A model generated the notes under the pieces. That model was not told the origin of the DNA and ran no database searches. It saw only the letters and a list, made by a program, of their open reading frames with translations. From positions 22,940,001-23,004,000 of the forward strand of contig NC_043012.1 in assembly GCF_006345805.1 (NCBI RefSeq): a stretch of DNA of 64,000 nucleotides, given 5' to 3'. Below are positions 13,158 to 27,590 of this stretch, in pieces (the first letter of the stretch is position 1; the number at the start of each line of letters is the position of its first letter). Made by a program: the position numbers and the translations under genes. This DNA comes from Octopus sinensis (Eukaryota).

Positions 13158-16100
13158 AATGATGTAATTTAAACTCCTGCTGTTAGGGGTTTTAATGAAC
13201 CAGAATTAATAATCATCCATTTTATCGTAATTCAGACTGATTAAATACTTTTAATTTTGTTATAAAAAAATCAGGAGAGTTTTGATAAAACAGCAATACT
13301 TGTTTAATATCTGCGTATTCTCTGTAAAATAGAATACATATGTAAGAAGGCAGTTATAGAAAATGAGAAAAAGTGGCTCTTACAAAGGAAATAGTGGCAA
13401 AATCATCGCTTCTCTGCAATGTTTGCCATGAATTCAAAAGAATTTCTTTTTAACAGCCTGAAAATACCTTGTGCTGCTAACTTAAAAGCCAGACCATTAC
13501 AACAGTTTTGTAAACCCCATCAAGTTCCCCGAATGCTGTTGTTATGCATATTTATTGCTTAACAAAAGAGCTAATAACCCCTTACGAAAAAAAAAAAATA
13601 AGAAACCACTATCAACACAAATGAAAATAAAAATACAACAAAATAATTAGTTTGTTTAAAAAACATAACAAAAACTCTATTTGATATTAGTAATTCATCA
13701 AGTCGGAAAATATTTTTTTTCTATTATGATGTAAGATTTACAAGCTGAAACTTGCTTTCATATGGACACAGTATGTTTTTATTTGCCAATGATATCTTTC
13801 AGTTGAGTTCAATATCCCAAGGAAATGTGGCATAAAAAAAAAAAGTAATAATAAGCAGATCAATAAAAAAAAAACACTCCCTTTACACAATAACATTAAG
13901 TTGTTGATACTTACTTTCATCTTAAGGTAATACATCCAAGAAATACTAAGAAATACTATTTGTATCAAAGAAATTCTAATTTATTCTGACACCTCATGTT
14001 CCACTTGGTTTGTATTTCGTCTAACCAAATATATAAACAAATCAAAATATAAATGGAAACTTGCTGTGAGGCTAGTAATTTTCATAATGTTTGTGATCCT
14101 AGTTTCAGGTGAGGTTAATATATAACCAACAGGTCCCATTAGTTATGGGAGCTGTAAGGTTGGCGTTGATGAACAACAATAAACAATGTGGAAATTGCTT
14201 TGGTCTACATATCAGATTCTGACAGACAGAAAAAAAAGTTAGCAAAATATGCTCTCACAATATATGGATATCACAAAGCAATTATTTGTATGAGAAAAGA
14301 GGCCAACAAAAATCTTGTGTGCTTTTGAGGTAGCGCCAGTTGTTCAATTGTTTATTTCTTGCATGTAAAAAAGAATTTCTTTCCTCTATTATTGCTGGGA
14401 ACCTATATTTTTGAAGGATTTCTGTATTCATAGCAGAATAAGAAACACTATCATTATGGTTATTGTAGTTTTGTTGTTGTTCGCCATTCATATAGTTCCT
14501 GAAGATCTTTTTACAGATAATTTAGAAAACAACCTATTTTTCTTCTTTTTTTTTTGTGTGTGTTTTCCTTTCTGTTGTATTTCATCACAAAGTGTGAAGT
14601 GGCCATGTTGTTGCATTTTGTGAAAAGATAAGAAAAGCTCAGCTTATGATCAAATGTCAGCAATATGACATTAAAAGTTCTATATATCTTGAGCCTACTT
14701 GAATGAATCACATTTGAAGTTTAATATATAATATAAGATATGTTAACCATTTGAAATAGTCGAATGATGAAAGCAGGATAAACATTCATATTCACTTAGA
14801 GTAAATATAGGATGTATTTTATTCATAACAATTATTAACTTGAGTCTATTAAGTAGATTTCCTTATAACTATAAATCTCTCAGCCATATCTTTGTCATCT
14901 GATATATGTTTATTCTTAGAAACTCTTCCAGCCAAATAAATGTGAAACTTGTTTATAACTTATTAGTGTCGATTCTATCTTACTGATGCATATAATTCAT
15001 CTGATTTCCACTTTTCTAGACAGTTGGCTATATTTTATTCATTAAATTTCAAGCAAAAGTACGTTTTATTTAAGACTATAAAAGCATTAGAGTTCGGCTG
15101 TTGAGTTTTTCTCATCTTTTTCTGTTTTAGATACGTTAGTCTTTAATTTGAATCAGGGTTTAGCTGGAATCCGGCTGATGCATTTTTAAAAATACATTTT
15201 CTGAAGAATAATTTTTGTTAGCTAACTTTGGTTAGATTGTTCTGGTAGCCTGGATACTTGCACAAATTGATAGAAGAAGCATTTACCATTCAACCATTAT
15301 GTGGGAGTAGCAAGGATTTTGATACAGGCTGAGTCAGCATTAACATTAAAGGGGCTAGAGATAAATAGATAGTGTGAATATGTGTGTGTGTGTAAGAGAG
15401 ATAGGGAGAGAGAGAGAGAGAGAAAGAGAGAATAGGGGAAGGTAAAAACAAGGGTGTGTAGAGAAGGTAAGCATGAAAAAGTAATAGAAGAGGCAAGGTG
15501 ATGAGCAAGAGAGACAACAGCAATAGTTTTAGTAATACAATGTCATAACATATAAATGGAGGTGGTATGTCGTTAGTCAGTGTAGCCTGTCTATAGTGTA
15601 AAGTGGTTAGATATTCTACTAAAAATCTAGGGCTCAGGGAAGAATTAACGAGGCAGCTGCAAAATTGAGTCTATATAAACAAAGAAACCCAGATATGAAA
15701 TCATAAATGATCGTGATAATTGATAATTACATTAGGTTTTCAATGTTGATATTAATATTTGGGGAGTGGGGGTGGGTGGAGATCAAGTGATAGAGAAGGA
15801 CACTAAACCTGGACTTTGCAAATAGTCTCCTTACCTAGCGACCTAAGCTTTAATATAGTTTAACTTCAATGATTTGATGGAGTGTTCAAATATGATTATG
15901 ATAACTGATATTCGGAGCCGTAAATTAAATAGACACTACTAATATATATTTATAGTATGCAGTACATTTAGCAATTAATTTTTGGATATTCAGAAAAGTA
16001 AGATCATTAAACATCAAATGGATACTTTAGATATTAAACCATCAGATATTCATGATAGCAAACATTTAACCAACAGATATTAAAACAGTGAAACATTTTT

Positions 16101-16753
16101 GAGATGTATGCTCTTAAAAATGGTTGATCCTTAACTTGAGGGGAAAAAAAGTCACCTAATTGACATTCAAGCCAAAAAAATGTTGTCCATATAGAAGAAA
16201 AATTGACCAATGTTATTTCATTGCATCTGCTTAAAGTTATTTGTAGATAACACACAACTCAGATTAAATAAATGTTTAACATATTTGCAAACTATATTAT
16301 TTTTATCACACAATTCAGAAGGTGGTTACTTGACCAGACATGATAATCTATAGCACTGACAAATGAGCAATATAGTTTTTATATACTAAAAAAAAAAAAA
16401 AAGACTCTGCTTTTACAGGTGCAGTTTAAGAGGTAAATGAGAAAATAACAACAATAATTAATGCTGAGACCTCATATAATGTTGGTAGAGAGAAAATAAA
16501 GCTGTGAAGTAGATTCAGAAAAATAAATTAAAGAAAATAATATATAAAAGAACCATCATTAAATGAATATTTTTCGGTTTTTCTGCTGGAATTTCTGTAG
16601 CTCTTTATTTTGAAAGCTGATTGGGAATTGTCTGGAAATTTTCTTCTCCATAAACTATTTTTGGTCAACATGCTATTAAGTGAAAAAAAATTTCTACAAT
16701 CAGTTATTTCAAAACTGAATCTTTACTTCCAATTTCTTGTCATAAATTATATT

Positions 16754-16989
16754 TTTTTTTTCTTTTACTACCCACAAGGAGCTAAACACAGAGGGGACAA
16801 ACAAGGACAGACAAACGGATTAAGTCGATTATATCGACCCCAGTGCGTAACAGGTACTTAATTTATCGACCCCGAAAGGATGAAAGGCAAAGTCGACCTT
16901 GGTGGAATTTGAACTCAGAACGTAGCGGCAGACGAAATACGGCTAAGCATTTCGCCCGGCGTGCTAACGTTTCTGCCAGATCACCGCCC
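16754..16989 (-). mobile_element. SINE family B (tRNA head, MetaSINE-like central domain) with 16-bp TSD
   Basis: TSD tgtcataaattatatt at 16738-16753 and 16990-17005; core gcctttcatcctttcggggtcgataaattaagtacc. The MetaSINE label is from recall. Confidence 0.9.
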
Positions 16990-17633
16990 TGTCATAAATT
17001 ATATTGTCAGCTCATCATCATTGTTGTTGTTGCGATTGTCATCACTGTTTTTGTTGTCATTGTGGTCATTGCCATTATTTAACATTTATTTTTCCATGCT
17101 TGCAATGGTCGGGTGGAATTTGTAGAGGCAGAGCTTCTACAGACAGAAGGTCTTTCAATTACCAAAACTCACCTGTTTCCAAGTAAGGTATTATTTCTCC
17201 ATAGCCAGGCATATTTTACACACGGAAGACTGAAAGCAAACAACCTCACTTGTATGATGATGATGATGATGATGATGATACACATTTGCAATCATCACAT
17301 GATGTCCAGCCCTTTAGCATTAAACTGGCCAGGTCCAGCCTCTCCCAATTATCCTACAATATCATTCTAAAAGTAAATCTAGAAGATATGAGAAAATGTA
17401 TGATTAATCAAAAACAATTTGAGGAAATTAACCTATATTTGACAGAGAAGTCTGAATGCTAATGTGCTAAACAAGGACAGGCCCACACACACACAGGTGT
17501 ATAGAATACGGAGACTGGTACATTATGAAATTGTTCTTTTAATTTTACAGTTGGTCATACAGTATCTGAGAGCAACTATGGTACCTGCCTAGATGAGTCT
17601 ATCCCTACACACTTTATATATCCTTTTATATTT

Positions 17634-17994
17634 TTCTTTTATTTGTTTCAGTCATTTTGACTGGCCATGCTGAAGCATCACCTTTAGCCAAGCAAATTGA
17701 CGCCAGGACTTATTCTTTGTAAGTCTAATACTTATTCTATCGGTCTCTTTTGCTGAACCGCTAAGTTATGGGGATGTAAACACACCAGCATCAGTTGTTA
17801 AGCAATGTTGGGGGAACAAATACACACACACATACGATAGGCTTCTTTCGGTTTCCATCTACCAAATCCACTCACAAAGCTTTACTCAGCCCGAAGCTAT
17901 AGTAGACGACATGACACTTGCTCAAAGTGCCATGCAGTGGGACTGAACCCAGAGCTATGTTGTTGGTAAGCAAGCTACACAGTCACTCCTGTGC
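17634..17994 (-). mobile_element. SINE family A, diverged
   Basis: Tail atttgtttcagtcattttgactgg through head cagtcactcctgtgc. Confidence 0.85.
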
Positions 17995-19867
17995 ATATAT
18001 ATATATATATATATACATATGACAGACTTTTTTCAGTTTCCTTTTACCAAATCCACTTTGCTTGTCCTAGGGCTATAGTAAAAGACACATTTCCCTGAGG
18101 TGCCAGATGAGATTGAACCCAAGACCACATGGTCGAGAAGCCTGTTTCTAAACCACACAGCCATAGCAGCACCAATTTCAGTGATTTAAAATCTTGGTCA
18201 GAACTGGCAACAAAGTCACAGATCTGAGATTATGAAATATAAGCAAAACCATTTTGAATCAGAATTCAAGAGCAGTTTTTATTCTTTTATCTTTTTATAT
18301 ATTTTTCTTTACTGTAATAAAGGTGTACCAACAATAATGGCTTGGTTCTGTTATCTTGAAGGGATCTGTTTATTTTTCGTATATTTTGACTTGATAAATC
18401 TTTTGTAGCTTGCAACAAAAGAATAAATATTCTCTAAATATCAAACGATCATAATTATGACGTCTTGAGTTATACTGTCTGTCAAGAATTTAATTAAATT
18501 TAATACTTGGTCATTCAGGACAGCAAATTCTTACAGATGAAAAAGAAAGGACCTCATAAGCACAAGGCACAAATTTGTACTTACTGCTCCGGCTGCTCAT
18601 GTGTAATATGGTCAAATGCCATCCACATACAAGTAATTCATAAGAAAGAAAGTAGTCTTACGAAAACTATGACATGACAGGAGGTAAGGAGAAGGACATA
18701 AAGTGCACAAAAATTAAAGTGGCAAATTTTCAAACTGAATGCACACACACACACACACACACACACATGCATGCATGCATGAACTCCAATGTGCACATAT
18801 GCACACAAACTCTCAAACACATATTCTCATCCTAAATGAGTTGCCTTTATTAATTCTCACTTTTACATCTGCCTTTCCAGGGTGGCATGAGTTAGTTGGA
18901 TGCTCTTCTGGATACTAACATTTTAACTAGTTATTTATACATTCAAGGACAAAGTGTACCAGTTCAAAAAACCTGGGGATACCCATGATGTTCAGGTACA
19001 TTTCAAATATCACACTATCAAGGATGATAACTTAGCAGTGAGTGATTATATGTTGAGAACTGTGAGGGTGTCCAAAAAAGACAATTAGCTGAAGAAAAGG
19101 GTGGAACCTAAAAAAAAAAAAGATCCTTCAATCTTAATAAATACCAACAAATGGTTATAAGGAAACAAAATATTTTGATAACATTAAAGCAAGCCACCTC
19201 CAGAAGGACAACAATTGTAAGTCAGTGAATGGTTGATCCTCAGATCATGCAATGATATTAAATACTGCTGAAGAAAAAGGCTATTAAAGATATTGAACTG
19301 ACATGAAAAGAATAGCTAAAAAGGGAAGTGGGGAGGGGTATAATTATGGGTAAGGTGGTGGGCAACACACTTCATTAGAAAAGTAGAAGAAGAAAGTTGA
19401 AGGGAGGATGATATGTATAGAGTGCACAGCACTATCGTTCCAGTTGTCAATGTTATTCCTGAAAGTCTTGAAGTTGGCGCAAAAAAGGATGTCATTAGAG
19501 AGAACTGTGTTATCAGTCTTGAAAACATCACCCTAGAAAGTAGTGGCTGTTTGGTAATCTTTCTACCATCACCTTTCAACCTTTCAACCATGAAAAGAAT
19601 AAGTCATGCAGAACACTGATGGAGAAACAAAGACGAAATATCCATTGATTTCCTACTCTGGAAACCCAGATAGGGACATTGAAGGTATCAGCAGACCAAG
19701 AAGATAATATATTGACCAACATGTGGAAGGCACTGGATAACAACAAGTTGAGGATATGAAGACTTTTAAGGAAGATTGGGACATTTGGCATGGAAAGGTT
19801 GCATTGGTCTGGAAAGACACCTGACTCAATAGATAGATAGAGTTGAAAATGATGTGAATGCAATTGT

Positions 19868-20129
19868 CATCAGTAACAAGAAAATAAAAAGGGAGCTACA
19901 GAAGGGTCAGCATGAAAAGTGGCTGAATAAGATTATTGTGATGAAGGAAGTCCTGTCTGATCCCAGTGGTATCAACAGAAGAACTAAACGGACAGTTCAT
20001 CAGTAACAAGAAGAAAAAAGGGAGCTACAGAAGGGTCAGCATGAAAAGTGGCTGAATAAGATTATTGTGATGAAGGAAGTCCTGTCTGATCCCAGTGGAA
20101 TCAACAGAAGAACTAAACGGACAGTTCAT
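19868..20129. repeat. 130-bp tandem duplication
   Basis: catcagtaacaag...ggacagttc at 19868 and 19998. Confidence 0.92.
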
Positions 20130-20365
20130 TTAGGATAAACTGAAGAAAACAAGGACATGAAAGCTGCTGGATATCCAGGATTTAATTATTGAAATACTCA
20201 GCCCATCATATTAAATTGATATTACTTTAGCCATTCAAGGAGTTGATAAGATTATTTTAAAAGCATTTGCTCCCTTGATAGGAAACATATTAACATTGTG
20301 TTTAACAACTCTAAGGTAATGGATATTACATTTGTTTCAAATGAAGAGAAGTTACAGAAATAAAA

Positions 20366-20760
20366 TGTACCAGCTGTGTGGTTAAGATATACACTTTGTA
20401 ACCACATTGTTTCAGGTTATTCAGGACTGAACCTGAAACCACATGGCTTCAGGTTCAGTCCCACTGTGTGGCACCTTGAGCAAGGCCAACCAATGCTTTG
20501 TGAATGAATTTGATAGAAGGAAACTGTGAGGAAACCCATTGCTTGTGTTTGCAAGTGCCTTATTGCTTGTGTTTTTCCTTCTTCGCCATTTGACAACCCA
20601 GAGGTTGGTTTGTATTCATCCCCATAGCTTAGCAGTTCAGCAAAAGCAGCTGATAAAATAAGCTGCCAAAACAAGAAAAAAAAAAACAAATACAGGAGTT
20701 GATTTGTTTGACTAAACCCTTGAAGACAGTATGGCTGCCATCCAATGAGTGAAACATGCA
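20366..20760 (+). mobile_element. SINE family A, diverged, with an internal inverted duplication
   Basis: Head, linker and tail recognisable. Confidence 0.7.
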
Positions 20761-22554
20761 AAAGATAAAAGATCTAAATTCTTTGAAGATATATTTGGCA
20801 TGGGCAGAATGTAGTTTTGCTTGTATAGAATTGGAGCTTAAAAAATTACACTTCAAAACGCAAACAACTTTGTGCATTTGTTGACCAAAGAACACCTCTG
20901 ACAGCGTAAAATGCTCATCAGGCTCAGCGGCTGAACAAAATCTGCCTCAATAAATACTGTCTAACCCATGCAAGTACAGAAATGTAGACATTAAAACAGT
21001 GATGACGCTGATGATGGAGAAGAAAATGCTATGGTAATGTATTCAGATCAGACTTTACGATGTTGGGCATCATAAATTAAGATGATTCCTCCAGATCAAA
21101 ATGTAAAGGAAGATAGTAAATTGCAGACCTGTCTACCCTGCATATTTGCTTGGAAAAACCAACTGTTAAAACTGCACAACAACGACGCTTCTAACAACAC
21201 AACCACAACAAATACATTGCACAACAACACAAACAGAATCACACGAGAGTACAACAGGATAAATGCACGAGTAAACAAGAGGAGGTGGGGTGGGGGTGGG
21301 TGGAGAAGTAAGGTGGAGGGTGTTTGGAAGTAGAAAATTAAAACTAAGGTTAGAAATCATGAATAAATAAAACTATTGCATTAACAAATCAGAATGAAAT
21401 GAATAATTAAAACAAACATTTTTATTTACTCCAAAGTTTCTCTCTCTCTCTCTCTCTGTGCTTTTCTGAAAACTCTTTACTTTTAATTTTCATCTACTTC
21501 CTCTCTTTCTCTTTCTCTCTCTCTCTTCTTTGTTTCCTTGTTTTATTATGTCTATCTTTATATCTTCCTTTCTCTCTATCTTCTTTGATTCAAATGGTCT
21601 ATTGATATTTAATTTATTAATTTATTCCTTAATCTTCAGTTTTATATATTCATTTGATCATTTTTTTTTCACAACTTTTAATTTCATCATCTTTCTCAGT
21701 TAAATCACCATAACGACAACTAAAACACTTCTCCACCAATTCAGACCATCACCATTGAAATGTTGGTTTCAATATTGGCATTCTTAAATGGTAAATTTCT
21801 AGTAAATTCCTCAGTTTTTAATATTTATGACAACCATTATAAACTATTATTACATAAAACAACAATAACATTAATAGCAACAACAACAACAACAACCGCT
21901 CCCCACATTATTTACTGATTTTGTTATTTTATTTCTTTTGGTTGCTTTTGTAATCCACTTTTGCCCTCATCATCAATTCCACTATATTTCATAAATTTGG
22001 GTTGCAATGTTTTTTATTTGATGAATTCTCTTTCTTATTGCCTTCCACTGATAAAGCAGAGGACGTGCCTGTTGTGGCGCCACCAAGAGAGCTTATTTTG
22101 GCAGACTAAGACAATTAAATCTACTCTGAACGTTTTACTTTTTTATTAATCACTTGACCAAAATAAAAAAGGGCACTACTGATAAACCCCTTCAAGCTTG
22201 CTGGGACTGATGAAGGAGGTGGAAACTACAATGGAAGCTGTCTGCAAACCAGTAACCAGATCCAAATGCTTGCAACAAAATGGATTCTATTAAAGACATC
22301 CAAAGATGGCATTCAGAACAGGCAATGGATTTCGGTTGGTCACATAAGGTGGCCACAACTGTATTTGAACTCAGAATGCAAAATACTACAATGAAATAAT
22401 ACCTGCAAGGTACCTCATCTAATAGGATTAAACAATTTTTCTTTTTAATCCTAAAACTCATAAGGCTGGCTTCCCTGTTTAAATGATTGAGATAGCAACA
22501 TCCCTCCTGAACTACACACCGGCTCATTTCAGGGCTTAAGGCAAGAAATTTTGA

Positions 22555-22735
22555 GGGGAGGGGACAAGTCACTTACATCAATCCTCAGTACATGACTGGT
22601 ACTTTATTTCATTGACCTCGAATGAATGAAAGGCAAAGCTGACCTTGGCAAGATTTGAGCTCAAAATGTAAAGAGTCACAATAAATGCTGTGAACCATTT
22701 TGTCTGGTGTGCTGATGATTCTACCAACTGCTTGT
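22555..22735 (-). mobile_element. SINE family B, old diverged copy
   Basis: gaatgaaaggcaaagctgaccttggcaagatttgagctc. Confidence 0.65.
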
Positions 22736-25125
22736 CACCTTCTCTAACAGGATATTTTACTAGTATTTGTCTCTAATAAAGCATTGACCAACCTGAAGCT
22801 ATAATGTCTTGTCCAAGGGGCCACACAGTAAGATGCAAGCCAAACCCACATGGTTATGAAGAGAATTTCTCAACCATACATGCAACATGTGTAGATTTGA
22901 ATGTACAAACACACTTGTCCTGACATTCATCGTGAATTGTACTAATATTATTTTCAATCATTCCAAATTTTTTCCTATTCTTACAGAGAACAGTTCAAGG
23001 TTCCGCAAATCTTTCCATATTTTGATTACTTAAGAAATATTTTAAAGGTTTCCATAGACACGAAATAAAAACATTTGTCCTGGCTGTGAAGTTTATGTAC
23101 ACTGTCATGTATAAATACATGTCTGAAGCTGCATGATTACTTTGGATATCATGAAGTGTGGGGGTAGGAGGCAGGGGAGTGGGAAGGGCAGCTACAAGAT
23201 ATAATAATGTGTAATGATAGAAGTATAAAAGAAAATGATGACATTGATATAATAATTCTTCAACTATGGATCACAAAATGGAACGGACCATAACAGGAAA
23301 GAGCTAATTACATGCCAAAGCTTCAGAAAATCCCTATTGAAACTCAAGCCAACTGTTTAAACATTTGCCTATTTATTTATATATTTAAAAGAAAGAGTGG
23401 AAAAAGATAGAGAATTCTTATGATTAAGTATAAAATTTGAAACCTTTCAAAATCCAACACAAATAATTATCACCAGTTAGAAGCACAAATGAAAGCAAAA
23501 TCTATTTCAGTAAAAATTGAAATAAATTTTTTTTCCATAGTAACTGGCAAATTAAAATGTAGAAGATGAGGAAATTTTTTTCTCCTATTAAATGTTAAAA
23601 CTAAATTAGATTTATCTCTCCATCTTCCCTTGTCTTCTTATAGGTTTATACTGTTTACAGTTTTACTTATCAGAACAAATATTTTATGTCTACACATGGA
23701 AAGCTAGAAAATAAAGTATATATAATTTTTTAAAAATTTACATATAAATACCATTATCACTTATATTTTTGAGCAGTAGATTATCATTTTTTTTTAGCCA
23801 ATAAAGTTTTTCATAATTTTTATGATGTCCATAAATGCTATGCGAAAAATTTTTTCTAACTAAATCACCCAATCAAAAAACTTTCAATATTTACTTCTTA
23901 AGATTAAAACGTATATATATATTTGTATTGTTTCATTATATTTACTTCATATCAAAATCACATGAATATAATTTTTAATTTTAATGATCAAATTAAGTCT
24001 TATCCAGATTTAATACATGGAAGTTATTCTTATTTAATGACAAATATGTTAACATTTATAACTATTAGCTGCTCATCTCAAGTACACAAAGTCTTTAAAA
24101 AACAAGTGAGTTGTGTTAAATTGTTTTATATTCTAAGAATTACACAAAATATTTTTTGCAGAAGTTTTAAGATTCTCTTTACATTAAATGCTAGACAGGG
24201 GAATGGGAGTCAATTCTGATTTCATTTCTGTTAAAACAACTGTAAAATTCCTGTGTTTAAATTAGAAATGACAGTATTCCCCTTATACTAGATGAATTGA
24301 CCAGCTTTTTAGCTAAAAAGAATTCCTTATACAAAACCATTTTGTCCCCCAAGTAGAAGATAACATAATATATCTGTGTGATACAAGGTCCAAGAAATGA
24401 AATAATCGACAGCTGGCTTCTAAAATCTTTCCCCCTAAGTGCTCTACACAGTGTCTGTATAGCACATTTAGCTCAGATTCATGAATCATTTATTTGCCAA
24501 ATAAATATTTTGTAAAAGTCAAACATATTTCATTTCATATATTTGGCAAATTTTCATTAAATAACATCAATTTATAGATAAGGAATAAAACAAAATATGA
24601 ATGTGTTGAAATTCACTTGAAAATACTAAAAATGATAAGATTCATATGATGAAAAATAAAATTAAAATAAAGCAAAATAATTGGTTGCTTTTAGTAAAAG
24701 TAAAGAAAAACGGTTTTCCACAATATTATGTGAAAGGGATTTAATTAATTTGAAACAAAAAAGAAGAAGAAAACAAAGAAGAGCCATTATTAATCAAGAG
24801 GCAAAGAGCTAAAGCTATTTTGATGAATTATTGAGTCACTGACTGAAAGATAAGCTATTTCACAAAAATAAAATAGTATATATATATATATCTGTGAGTA
24901 TGTATGTGCATCTATGTTTTTAAATGCCTTTTCATAAAGCCAAGCAATGCAAATTATAAGAGAGAACACAAGTTGCTGGTGTGTACTTTTAACTTGTGTT
25001 TCTATATTTCAGAATTAGTGGTACTTTTTCAGAAAGTCTTCTGAGAAATGGTGTTGTCAGCTCACAAGATCATTTGAAATGTTGAAGTACATCGTTTGAA
25101 GTCCGTTTTCCATATATGTGGTGAG

Positions 25126-25428
25126 CAAGTGAGATGACTGTGCTGGCATGGTCATGTGGTGCGTATGGACGAGGACTGCTGTGTAAAGAAGAGCTGATGT
25201 CTGTGGAAGGAACCTGTGGTAGAGGTAGACCCAGGAAGACACAGGATGAGAGTGTAATGAGTGCTTCACCCCTCATTACACTCTCAGGGTGGTTGGCATT
25301 AGGAAGGGCATCCATCCATAGAAATTATGCCAAATCAGACTGGAGTCTGGAGCAGCCTTCCTGCTTGCTAGCCCTGGTCAAGCCGTCCAAACCATGCCAG
25401 CATGAACAATGGACATTAAATGATGATA
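25126..25428 (+). mobile_element. RTE LINE C-terminal fragment joined to a SINE-C-type tail
   Basis: LCWHGHVVRMDEDCCVKK and VEGTCGRGRPRKT, then ggttggcattaggaagggcatcc...ggacattaaatgatgat. Confidence 0.8.
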
Positions 25429-26115
25429 TATATATATATATCATCATCATCGTTTAACGTCCGCTTTCCATGCTATATATATATATATACATACATATAT
25501 ATATATACATATATATAAAGCGGATAAGATGAAGAATATGGAACATGTCTGTGATATATACTTGAATACCATTCAAGGACTAGTGACCAAAAATATAGAA
25601 CAGTTGAAATATCTGTCAACAAAGAACTTTCAAAGTGAAAACATCCAATTTGTTTTAATTTTTAATTCACATCAAAGTAATTATGGCATGAGGTTCAACA
25701 AAATTATTTGATGAATTTGTAACAGGAAAGACTTGTTTAACTATTTACAGCTATATTTATCCATTTCTACTATGCTTCAACCAGTTTCATTTTAAGTTTT
25801 CCTTACATATGCTTACTCTCCCTGGTGATAAATGCCCTTGGCTCTTCTATACCATCCTTGGCCTGAACACCCACCTCCACACCCATCAAGATGAAGAGGC
25901 TTGATGATGTATGTATCGTCATCATTAAATGTTGATTGTTTGGATGGAGTTTATTAAAGAAGATTTTCTACAGCTGGATGCCCTTCCTGTTCCAAGCACA
26001 GGAATATTTCCCCATAACCAGGCATGTCTAGCAAAATACTGAAAATTAATCACATTCATTATTTACAACAATCATGCAATATCAAAGCAAGGGGACAAAA
26101 CCACACACACACACA

Positions 26116-26160
<45 letters not shown>

Positions 26161-26184
26161 TATATATGTATGTATATATATATA

Positions 26185-26672
26185 GGCGCAGGAGTGGCTG
26201 TGTGGTAAGTAGCTTGCTAACCAACGACATGGTTCCGGGTTCAGTCCCACTGCATGGCATCTTGGGCAAGTGTCTTCTGCTATAGCCCCGGGCCGACCAA
26301 TGCCTTATGAGTGGATTTGGTAGACGGAAACTGAAAGAAGCCTGTTGTATATATGTATATATATACATAAATGTGTGTGTATATGTTATATATAAGTGTG
26401 TGTGTATATATAAGTGTGTGTGTATATATATATATAAGTGTGTGTGTATATGTTTGTGTGTCTGTGTTTGTCCCCCTAGCATTGCTTGACAACCGATGCT
26501 GGTGTGTTTACGTCCCCCGTCACTTAGCGGTTTGGCAAAAGAGACCGATAGAATAAGTACTGGGCTTACAAAGAATAAGTCCCGGGGTCGATTTGCTCGA
26601 CTAAAGGCGGTGCTCCTGCATGGCCGCAGTCAAATGACTGAAACAAGTAAAATAGCAAAAGAGTAAAAAAGA
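26185..26672 (+). mobile_element. SINE family A, full length (copy 1 of tandem pair)
   Basis: Complete head, linker and tail. Confidence 0.9.
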
Positions 26673-26726
26673 GTATATATATATATATTATATATATATA
26701 TATATATATGTATGTATATATATATA

Positions 26727-27212
26727 GGCGCAGGAGTGGCTGTGTGGTAAGTAGCTTGCTAACCAACGACATGGTTCCGGGTTCAGTCCCACTGCATGGC
26801 ATCTTGGGCAAGTGTCTTCTGCTATAGCCCCGGGCCGACAATGCCTTATGAGTGGATTTGGTAGACGGAAACTGAAAGAAGCCTGTTGTATATATGTATA
26901 TATATACATAAATGTGTGTGTATATGTTATATATAAGTGTGTGTGTATATATAAGTGTGTGTGTATATATATATAAGTGTGTGTGTATATGTTTGTGTGT
27001 CTGTGTTTGTCCCCCTAGCATTGCTTGACAACCGATGCTGGTGTGTTTACGTCCCCCGTCACTTAGCGGTTTGGCAAAAGAGACCGATAGAATAAGTACT
27101 GGGCTTACAAAGAATAAGTCCCGGGGTCGATTTGCTCGACTAAAGGCGATGCTCCTGCATGGCCGCAGTCAAATGACTGAAACAAGTAAAATAGCAAAAG
27201 AGTAAAAAAGAG
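26727..27212 (+). mobile_element. SINE family A, full length (copy 2 of tandem pair)
   Basis: Near-identical to 26185-26672; period 542 bp. Confidence 0.9.
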
Positions 27213-27590
27213 TATATATATATATATATATATACATATACAACAGGCTTCTTTCAGTTTCCATCTACCAAATCCACTCACAAAGCTTGCAAAAGCCTGG
27301 AGCTGTAGTAGAAGACACTTGTTCAATGTACTACATAATGGGATTCAACCACACAACTATGCCTACGTCCATCCTCTGTGCGTGCATGCATGTGTGTGTG
27401 AGGGTGTGCATGTATGTGTGTGTATATAAAACAATCCTTATCATCACTGCTACTGTTGCAACTGTTACTACTACCACCATCACCACCATCATACCTTAAT
27501 GTCCATGTACTTTGCTGGTAATGGTTGGGTTGTTTGACAGGATCCAAAAGGTCCCAGGAAAGCATTGTGCTCCAGTGTCTGGAGTTATAT

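Noticed and set aside
14282-14491. 69-aa ORF MNGEQQQNYNNH...
   Set aside because: No recognisable domain, no good donor or acceptor, and length within chance expectation.
22205-22230. CTGATGA...GAAAC
   Set aside because: The intervening aggaggtg cannot form stem II and no stem III or NUH site follows.
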